Below are positions 54,651 to 64,000 of a stretch of 64,000 nt of DNA, piece by piece. Source of the DNA: Eledone cirrhosa (taxonomy: Eukaryota); assembly GCA_964016885.1 (NCBI GenBank), contig OZ024743.1, forward strand, positions 185,566,001-185,630,000. The letters are read 5' to 3'. The translations under genes and the position numbers were made by a program. A model generated the notes under the pieces. That model ran no database searches, had not been told where the DNA came from, and saw only the letters and a list, made by a program, of their open reading frames with translations. Each line of letters starts with the position of its first letter. The first letter of the stretch is position 1.

Positions 54651-56199
54651 TAGTATGGCATACACATTAACAGTGTTGTCGAGTGCGATTCTAGCATGGC
54701 ATACACTTTAAAAGTGTTGTTGAGTGAGATTATAGCATGGCATACACATTAACAGTGTTGTTGAGTGAGATTCTAGTATAGCATAAACGTTAACAGTGTT
54801 GGTGAGTGAGATTCTAGTATGGCATAAACGTTAACAGTGTTGGTGAGTGAGATTCTAGTATGGCATACACATTAACAGTGTTGTCGAGTGCGATTCTAGC
54901 ATGGCATACACGTTAAAAGTGTTGTTGAGTGAGATTATAGCATGGCATACACATTAACAGTGTTGTTGAGTGAGATTCTAGCATGGCATAAACGTTAACA
55001 GTGTTGTTCAGTGAGATTCTAGTATGGCATAAACGTTAACAGTGTTGGTGAGTGAGATTCTAGTATGGCACAAACGTTAACAGTGTTGGTGAGTGAGATT
55101 CTTACATGGCATAAACGTTAACAGTGTTGTTGACTGAGATTCTAGCATGGCATAAACGTTAACAATGTTGTTGAGTGAGATTCTAGCATGGCATAAACGT
55201 TAACAGTGTTGTTGGGTGAGATTCTAGCATGGCATAAACGTTAACAGTGTTGTTGAGTGAGATTCTAGCATGGTATAAACGTTAACAGTGTTGGTGAGTG
55301 AGATTCTAGCATGGCATAAACGTTAACAGTGTTGGTGAGTGAGATTCTAGCATGGTATAAACGTTAACAGTGTTGTTGAGTGAGATTCTAGCATGGTATA
55401 AACGTTAACAGTGTTGGTGAGTGAGATTCTAGCATGGTATAAACGTTAACAGTGTTGGTGAGTGAGATTCTAGCATGGTATAAACGTTAACAGTGTTGTT
55501 GAGTGAGATTCTAGCATGGTATATAAGTTAACAGTGTTGGTGAGTGAGATTCTAGCATGGCATAAACGTTAACAGTGTTGTTGAGTGAGATTCTAGCATG
55601 GCATAAACGTTAACAGTGTTGTTGAGTGAGATTGTAGTATGGCATAAACGGTAACAGTGTTGGTGAGTGAGATTCTAGCATGGCATAAACGTTAACAGTG
55701 TTGGTGAGTGAGATTCTAGCATGGCATAAACGTTAACAGTGTTGTTGAGTGAGATTCTAGCATGGCATAAACGTTAACAGTGTTGTTGAGTGAGATTGTA
55801 GTATGGCATAAACGTTAACAGTGTTGGTGAGTGCGATTCTAGTATGGCATAAACGTTAACAGTGTTGGTGAGTGAGATTCTAGTATGGCATAAACGTTAA
55901 CAGTGTTGTTGAGTGAGATTCTAGCATGGCATACACGTTAAAAGTGTTGTTGAGTGAGATTATAGCATGGCATACACATTAACAGTGTTGTTGAGTGAGA
56001 TTCTAGTATAGCATAAACGTTAACAGTGTTGGTGAGTGAGATTGTAGTATGCCATAAACGGTAACAGTGTTGGTGAGTGAGATTCTAGCATGGCATACAC
56101 ATTAACAGTGTTGTTGAGTGAGATTCTAGCATGGCATAAACGTTAACAGTGTTGTTTAGTGAGATTCTAGTATGGCATAAACGTTAACAGTGTTGGTGA

Positions 56200-59100
56200 G
56201 TGAGATTCTAGTATGGCACAAACGTTAACAGTGTTGGTGAGTGAGATTCTAACATGGCATAAACGTTAACAGTGTTGTTGACTGAGATTCTAGCATGGCA
56301 TAAACGTTAACAGTGTTGTTGAGTGAGATTCTAGCATGGCATAAACGTTAACAGTGTTGTTGAGTGAGATTCTAGCATGGCATAAACGTTAACAGTGTTG
56401 TTGAGTGAGATTCTAGCATGGTATAAACGTTAACAGTGTTGGTGAGTGAGATTCTAGTATGGCATAAACGTTAACACTGTTTGTGAGTGAGATTCTAGTA
56501 TGGCATAAACGTTAACAGTGTTGGTGAGTGAGATTCTAGTATGGCATAAACGTTAACAGTGTTGGTGAGTGAGATTCTAGCATGGCATAAACGTTAACGG
56601 TGTTGGTGAGTGAGATTCTAGCATGGCATAAACGTTAACAGTGTTGGTGAGTGAGATTCTAGCATGGCATAAACGTTAACAGTGTTGTTGACTGAGATTC
56701 TAGCATGGCATAAACGTTAACAGTGTTGTTGAGTGAGATTCTAGCATGGCATAAACGTTAACAGTGTTGTTGAGTGAGATTCTAGCATGGCATAAACGTT
56801 AACAGTGTTGTTGAGTGAGATTCTAGTATGGCATAAACGTTAACAGTGTTGGTGAGTGAGATTCTAGCATGGCATAAACGTTAACAGTGTTGGTGAGTGA
56901 GATTCTAGCATGGCATAAACGTTAACAGTGTTGGTGAGTGAGATTCTAGTATGGCATAAACGTTAACAGTGTTGGTAAGTGAGATTCTAGCATGGCATAA
57001 ACGTTAACAGTGTTGGTGAGTGAGATTCTAGCATGGCATAAACGTTAACAGTGTTGGTGAGTGAGATTCTAGCATGGCATAAACGTTAACAGTGTTGGTG
57101 AGTGAGATTCTAGTATGGCATAAACGTTAACAGTGTTTGTGAGTGAGATTCTAGTATGGCATAAACGTTAACAGTGTTGGTGAGTGAGATTCTAGCATGG
57201 TATAAACGTTAACAGTGTTGGTGAGTGAGATTCTAGTATGGCATAAACGTTAACAGTGTTGGTGAGTGAGATTCTAGCATGGCATAAACGTTAACAGTGT
57301 TGGTGAGTGAGATTCTAGCATGGCATAAACGTTAACAGTGTTGGTGAGTGAGATTTTAGCATGGCATAAACGTTAACAGTGTTGGTGAGTGAGATTCTAG
57401 TATGGCATAAACGTTAACAGTGTTTGTGAGTGAGATTCTAGTATGGCATAAACGTTAACATTGTTGGTGAGTGAGATTCTAGTATGGCATAAACGTTAAC
57501 AGTGTTGGTGAGTGAGATTCTAGTATGGCATAAACGTTAACATTGTTGTTGAGTGAGATTCTAGTATGGCATAAACGTTAACAGTGTTGGTGAGTGCGAT
57601 TCTAGTATGGCATAAACATTAACAGTGTTGTTGAGTGAGATTCTAGTATGGCATAAACGTTAACAGTGTTGGTGAGTGAGATTCTAGTATGGCATAAACG
57701 TTAACAGTGTTGTTGAGTGAGATTCTAGTATGGCATACACATTAACAGTGTTGTTGAGTGCGATTCTAGTATGGCATACACTTTAAACGTGTTGTTGAGT
57801 GAGATTATAGCATGGCATACACATTAACAGTGTTGTTGAGTGAGATTCTAGTATAGCATAAACGTTAACAGTGTTGGTGAGTGAGATTCTAGTATGGCAT
57901 AAACGTTAACAGTGTTGGTGAGTGAGATTCTAGTATGGCATACACATTAACAGTGTTGTTGAGTGAGATTCTTACATGGCATAAACGTTAACAGTGTTGT
58001 TGACTGAGATTCTAGCATGGCATAAACGTTAACAGTGTTGTTGAGTGAGATTCTAGCATGGCATAAACGTTAACAGTGTTGTTGAGTGAGATTCTAGCAT
58101 GGCATAAACGTTAACAGTGTTGGTGAGTGAGATTCTAGCATGGCATAAACGTTAACAGTGTTGTTGAGTGAGATTCTAGCATGGTATAAACGTTAACAGT
58201 GTTGTTGAGTGAGAATCTAGCATGGTATAAACGTTAACAGTGTTGGTGAGTGAGATTCTAGCATGGCATAAACGTTAACAGTGTTGTTGAGTGAGATTCT
58301 AGCATGGCATAAACGTTAACAGTGTTGTTGAGTGAGATTGTAGTATGGCATAAACGTTAACAGTGTTGGTGAGTGAGATTCTAGCATGGCATAAACGTTA
58401 ACAGTGTTGGTGAGTGAGATTCTAGCATGGCATAAACGTTAACAGTGTTGTTGAGTGAGATTCTAGCATGGCATAAACGTTAACAGTGTTGTTGAGTGAG
58501 ATTGTAGTATGGCATAAACGTTAACAGTGTTGGTGAGTGAGATTCTAGCATGGCATAAACGTTAACAGTGTTGGTGAGTGCGATTCTAGTATGGCATACA
58601 CATTAACAGTGTTGTTGAGTGCGATTCTAGCATGGCATACACGTTAAAAGTGTTGTTGAGTGAGATTATAGCATGGCATACACATTAACAGTGTTGTTGA
58701 GTGAGATTCTAGTATAGCATAAACGTTAACAGTGTTGGTGAGTGAGATTCTAGTATGGCACAAACGTTAACAGCGTTGGTGAGTGAGATTCTTACATGGC
58801 ATAAACGTTAACAGTGTTGTTGACTGAGATTCTAGCATGGCATAAACGTTAACAGTGTTGTTGAGTGAGATTCTAGCATGGCATAAACGTTAACAGTGTT
58901 GGTGAGTGAGATTCTAGTATGGCACAAACGTTAACAGTGTTGGTGAGTGAGATTCTAACATGGCATAAACGTTAACAGTGTTGTTGACTGAGATTCTAGC
59001 ATGGCATAAACCTTAACAGTGTTGTTGAGTGAGATTCTAGCATGGCATAAACGTTAACAGTGTTGTTGAGTGAGATTCTAGCATGGCATAAACGTTAACA

Positions 59101-62100
59101 GTGTTGTTGAGTGAGATTCTAGCATGGTATAAACGTTAACAGTGTTGGTGAGTGAGATTCTAGCATGGCATAAACGTTAACAGTGGTGGTGAGTGAGATT
59201 CTAGCATGGCATAAACGTTAACAGTGTTGGTGAGTGAGATTCTAGCATGGCATAAACGTTAACAGTGTTGTTGACTGAGATTCTAGCATGGCATAAACGT
59301 TAACAGTGTTGTTGAGTGAGATTCTAGCATGGCATAAACGTTAACAGTGTTGTTGAGTGAGATTCTAGCATGGCATAAACGTTAACAGTGTTGTTGAGTG
59401 AGATTCTAGTATGGCATAAACGTTAACAGTGTTGGTGAGTGAGATTCTAGCATGGCATAAACGTTAACAGTGTTGGTGAGTGAGATTCTAGCATGGCATA
59501 AACGTTAACAGTGTTGGTGAGTGAGATTCTAGCATGGCATAAACGTTAACAGTGTTGGTGAGTGAGATTCTAGTATGGCATAAACGTTAACAGTGTTGGT
59601 GAGTGAGATTCTAGCATGGCATAAACGTTAACAGTGTTGGTGAGTGAGATTCTAGCATGGCATAAACGTTAACAGTGTTGGTGAGTGAGATTCTAGCATG
59701 GCATAAACGTTAACAGTGTTGTTGACTGAGATTCTAGCATGGCATAAACGTTAACAGTGTTGTTGAGTGAGATTCTAGCATGGCATAAACGTTAACAGTG
59801 TTGTTGAGTGAGATTCTAGCATGGCATAAACGTTAACAGTGTTGTTGAGTGAGATTCTAGTATGGCATAAACGTTAACAGTGTTGGTGAGTGAGATTCTA
59901 GCATGGCATAAACGTTAACAGTGTTGGTGAGTGAGATTCTAGCATGGCATAAACGTTAACAGTGTTGGTGAGTGAGATTCTAGTATGGCATAAACGTTAA
60001 CAGTGTTGGTAAGTGAGATTCTAGCATGGCATAAACGTTAACAGTGTTGGTGAGTGAGATTCTAGCATGGCATAAACGTTAACAGTGTTGGTGAGTGAGA
60101 TTCTAGCATGGCATAAACGTTAACAGTGTTGGTGAGTGAGATTCTAGTATGGCATAAACGTTAACAGTGTTTGTGAGTGAGATTCTAGTATGGCATAAAC
60201 GTTAACAGTGTTGGTGAGTGAGATTCTAGCATGGCATAAACGTTAACAGTGTTGGTGAGTGAGATTCTAGTATGGCATAAACGTTAACAGTGTTGGTGAG
60301 TGAGATTCTAGCATGGCATAAACGTTAACAGTGTTGGTGAGTGAGATTCTAGCATGGCATAAACGTTAACAGTGTTGGTGAGTGAGATTTTAGCATGGCA
60401 TAAACGTTAACAGTGTTGGTGAGTGAGATTCTAGTATGGCATAAACGTTAACAGTGTTTGTGAGTGAGATTCTAGTATGGCATAAACGTTAACATTGTTG
60501 GTGAGTGAGATTCTAGTATGGCATAAACGTTAACAGTGTTGGTGAGTGAGATTCTAGTATGGCATAAACGTTAACAGTGTTGTTGAGTGAGATTCTAGTA
60601 TGGCATACACATTAACAGTGTTGTTGAGTGCGATTCTAGCATGGCATACACTTTAAACGTGTTGTTGAGTGAGATTATAGCATGGCATACACATTAACAG
60701 TGTTGTTGAGTGAGATTCTAGTATAGCATAAACGTTAACAGTGTTGGTGAGTGAGATTCTAGTATGGCATAAACGTTAACAGTGTTGGTGAGTGAGATTC
60801 TAGTATGGCATACACATTAACAGTGTTGTTGAGTGAGATTCTTACATGGCATAAACGTTAACAGTGTTGTTGAGTGAGATTCTAGCATGGCATAAACGTT
60901 AACAGTGTTGTTGAGTGAGATTCTAGCATGGCATAAACGTTAACAGTGTTGGTGAGTGAGATTCTAGCATGGCATAAACGTTAACAGTGTTGTTGAGTGA
61001 GATTCTAGCATGGTATAAACGTTAACAGTGTTGTTGAGTGAGATTCTAGCATGGTATAAACGTTAACAGTGTTGGTGAGTGAGATTCTAGCATGGCATAA
61101 ACGTTAACAGTGTTGTTGAGTGAGATTCTAGCATGGCATAAACGTTAACAGTGTTGTTGAGTGAGATTGTAGTATGGCATAAACGTTAACAGTGTTGGTG
61201 AGTGAGATTCTAGCATGGCATAAACGTTAACAGTGTTGGTGAGTGAGATTCTAGCATGGCATAAACGTTAACAGTGTTGTTGAGTGAGATTCTAGCATGG
61301 CATAAACGTTAACAGTGTTGTTGAGTGAGATTGTAGTATGGCATAAACGTTAACAGTGTTGGTGAGTGAGATTCTAGCATGGCATAAACGTTAACAGTGT
61401 TGGTGAGTGCGATTCTAGTATGGCATACACATTAACAGTGTTGTTGAGTGCGATTCTAGCATGGCATACACGTTAAAAGTGTTGTTGAGTGAGATTATAG
61501 CATGGCATACACATTAACAGTGTTGTTGAGTGAGATTCTAGTATAGCATAAACGTTAACAGTGTTGTTCAGTGAGATTCTAGTATGGCATAAACGTTAAC
61601 AGTGTTGGTGAGTGAGATTCTAGTATGGCACAAACGTTAACAGCGTTGGTGAGTGAGATTCTTACATGGCATAAACGTTAACAGTGTTGTTGACTGAGAT
61701 TCTAGCATGGCATAAACGTTAACAGTGTTGTTGAGTGAGATTCTAGCATGGCATAAACGTTAACAGTGTTGGTGAGTGAGATTCTAGTATGGCACAAACG
61801 TTAACAGTGTTGGTGAGTGAGATTCTAACATGGCATAAACGTTAACAGTGTTGTTGACTGAGATTCTAGCATGGCATAAACGTTAACAGTGTTGTTGAGT
61901 GAGATTCTAGCATGGCATAAACGTTAACAGTGTTGTTGAGTGAGATTCTAGCATGGCATAAACGTTAACAGTGTTGTTGAGTGAGATTCTAGCATGGTAT
62001 AAACGTTAACAGTGTTGGTGAGTGAGATTCTAGCATGGCATAAACGTTAACAGTGTTGGTGAGTGAGATTCTAGCATGGCATAAACGTTAACAGTGTTGG

Positions 62101-64000
62101 TGAGTGAGATTCTAGCATGGCATAAACGTTAAAAGTGTTGTTGACTGAGATTCTAGCATGGCATAAACGTTAACAGTGTTGTTGAGTGAGATTCTAGCAT
62201 GGCATAAACGTTAACAGTGTTGTTGAGTGAGATTCTAGCATGGCATAAACGTTAACAGTGTTGTTGAGTGAGATTCTAGTATGGCATAAACGTTAACAGT
62301 GTTGGTTAGTGAGATTCTAGCATGGCATAAACGTTAACAGTGTTGGTGAGTGAGATTCTAGCATGGCATAAACGTTAACAGTGTTGGTGAGTGAGATTCT
62401 AGTATGGCATAAACGTTAACAGTGTTGGTAAGTGAGATTCTAGCATGGCATAAACGTTAACAGTGTTGGTGAGTGAGATTCTAGCATGGCATAAACGTTA
62501 ACAGTGTTGGTGATTGAGATTCTAGCATGGCATAAACGTTAACAGTGTTGGTGAGTGAGATTCTAGTATGGCATAAACGTTAACAGTGTTTGTGAGTGAG
62601 ATTCTAGTATGGCATAAACGTTAACAGTGTTGGTGAGTGAGATTCTAGCATGGCATAAACGTTAACAGTGTTGGTGAGTGAGATTCTAGTATGGCATAAA
62701 CGTTAACAGTGTTGGTGAGTGAGATTCTAGCATGGCATAAACGTTAACAGTGTTGGTGAGTGAGATTCTAGCATGGCATAAACGTTAACAGTGTTGGTGA
62801 GTGAGATTTTAGCATGGCATAAACGTTAACAGTGTTGGTGAGTGAGATTCTAGTATGGCATAAACGTTAACAGTGTTTGTGAGTGAGATTCTAGTATGGC
62901 ATAAACGTTAACATTGTTGGTGAGTGAGATTCTAGTATGGCATAAACGTTAACAGTGTTGGTGAGTGAGATTCTAGTATGGCATAAACATTAACATTGTT
63001 GTTGAGTGAGATTCTAGTATGGCATAAACGTTAACAGTGTTGGTGAGTGCGATTCTAGTATGGCATAAACATTAACAGTGTTGTTGAGTGAGATTCTAGT
63101 ATGGCATAAACGTTAACAGTGTTGGTGAGTGAGATTCTAGTATGGCATAAACGTTAACAGTGTTGTTGAGTGAGATTCTAGTATGGCATACACATTAACA
63201 GTGTTGTTGAGTGCGATTCTAGCATGGCATACACGTTAAACGTGTTGTTGAGTGAGATTATAGCATGGCATACACATTAACAGTGTTGTTGAGTGAGATT
63301 CTAGTATAGCATAAACGTTAACAGTGTTGGTGAGTGAGATTCTAGTATGGCATAAACGTTAACAGTGTTGGTGAGTGAGATTCTAGTATGGCATACACAT
63401 TAACAGTGTTGTTGAGTGAGATTCTTACATGGCATAAACGTTAACAGTGTTGTTGACTGAGATTCTAGCATGGCATAAACGTTAACAGTGTTGTTGAGTG
63501 AGATTCTAGCATGGCATAAACGTTAACAGTGTTGTTGAGTGAGATTCTAGCATGGCATAAATGTTAACAGTGTTGTTGAGTGAGATTCTAGCATGGTATA
63601 AACGTTAACAGTGTTGGTGAGTGAGATTCTAGCATGGCATAAACGTTAACAGTGTTGTTGAGTGAGATTCTAGCATGGTATAAACGTTAACAGCGTTGTT
63701 GAGTGAGATTCTAGCATGGTATAAACGTTAACAGTGTTGGTGAGTGAGATTCTAGCATGGCATAAACGTTAACAGTGTTGTTGAGTGAGATTCTAGCATG
63801 GCATAAACGTTAACAGTGTTGTTGAGTGAGATTGTAGTATGGCATAAACGTTAACAGTGTTGGTGAGTGAGATTCTAGCATGGCATAAACGTTAACAGTG
63901 TTGGTGAGTGAGATTCTAGCATGGCATAAACGTTAACAATGTTGTTGAGTGAGATTCTAGCATGGCATAAACGTTAACAGTGTTGTTGAGTGAGATTGTA
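56200..64000. repeat. About three imperfect copies of a 59-74 monomer higher-order unit
   Basis: AGATTTTAGCATGG at 57351/60385/62804 (offsets 74 and 59 monomers). CAGCGTTGGT at 58771/61641 (70 monomers). Confidence 0.8.

Larger units (their letters stand above)
1..64000. repeat. 41-bp tandem satellite array, 1561 head-to-tail monomers, running off both window edges
   Basis: Monomer starts (TTCTAG) fall at 1, 42, 2461, 4921, 7381, 9841, 12301 and 14761 (=1+41n). After six 1-bp deletions the last start is at 63996 (=1+41x1561-6). Two near-biallelic positions (7 T/C, 32 G/T) plus many rarer substitutions. No inversion or foreign insert seen. Confidence 0.99.

Noticed and set aside
1-64000. CRISPR array or CRISPR-like repeat-spacer system
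   Set aside because: Monomers are directly adjacent with no unique spacers, variation is limited to point substitutions, and there is no leader or cas gene.
1-64000. Repetitive protein-coding ORF
   Set aside because: 41 is not divisible by 3, so each frame cycles through all phases every 123 bp. The palindromes GTTAAC (TAA) and CTAG (TAG) place stops on both strands, and the + strand also has TGA.
1-64000. Minus-strand ORF under a TAA/TAG-to-Gln (ciliate-type) code, since the consensus minus strand lacks TGA
   Set aside because: Frequent GTCAG and TTCAG variants add minus-strand TGA, the 1-bp deletions shift frame, the period is not a multiple of 3, and nothing indicates such a host.
1-64000. 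Identity with avian 41-bp repeats (CNM, TM, PO41)
   Set aside because: Only the length matches. I recognise no sequence similarity, and the monomer lacks the alternating A/T-tract pattern described for CNM. A database alignment would be needed.
1-64000. Telomeric repeat or G-quadruplex array
   Set aside because: It is G/T-skewed but has no GGG runs in the consensus and no canonical telomere motif. Linked block-wise variants fit recombinational amplification rather than telomerase templating.
1-64000. Deliberate information storage or synthetic code in the T/C and G/T positions
   Set aside because: The pattern is fully explained by inherited variants copied in duplicated blocks, and rare substitutions co-segregate with it.

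Overview
The whole 64 kb window is one uninterrupted, single-orientation tandem satellite array. It holds 1561 complete copies plus 5 bp of a 41-bp monomer, consensus TTCTAG[T/C]ATGGCATAAACGTTAACAGTGTTG[G/T]TGAGTGAGA (about 39% GC, G-rich on the + strand). I find no genes, RNA genes, CRISPR spacers, transposon insertions or unique sequence. The information lies in the order of monomer variants. Private substitutions reveal nested, irregular multi-kb duplications with offsets of 27 to 192 monomers, including a near-identical 7,871-bp tandem duplication. There is a switch to a different monomer subfamily at about 47.7 kb, and only six net 1-bp deletions in the entire array. This looks like eukaryotic satellite or heterochromatic DNA. 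I cannot assign an organism or a named repeat family, and I see no support for a novel protein- or RNA-based system. All comparisons were made by eye, so block boundaries are approximate.
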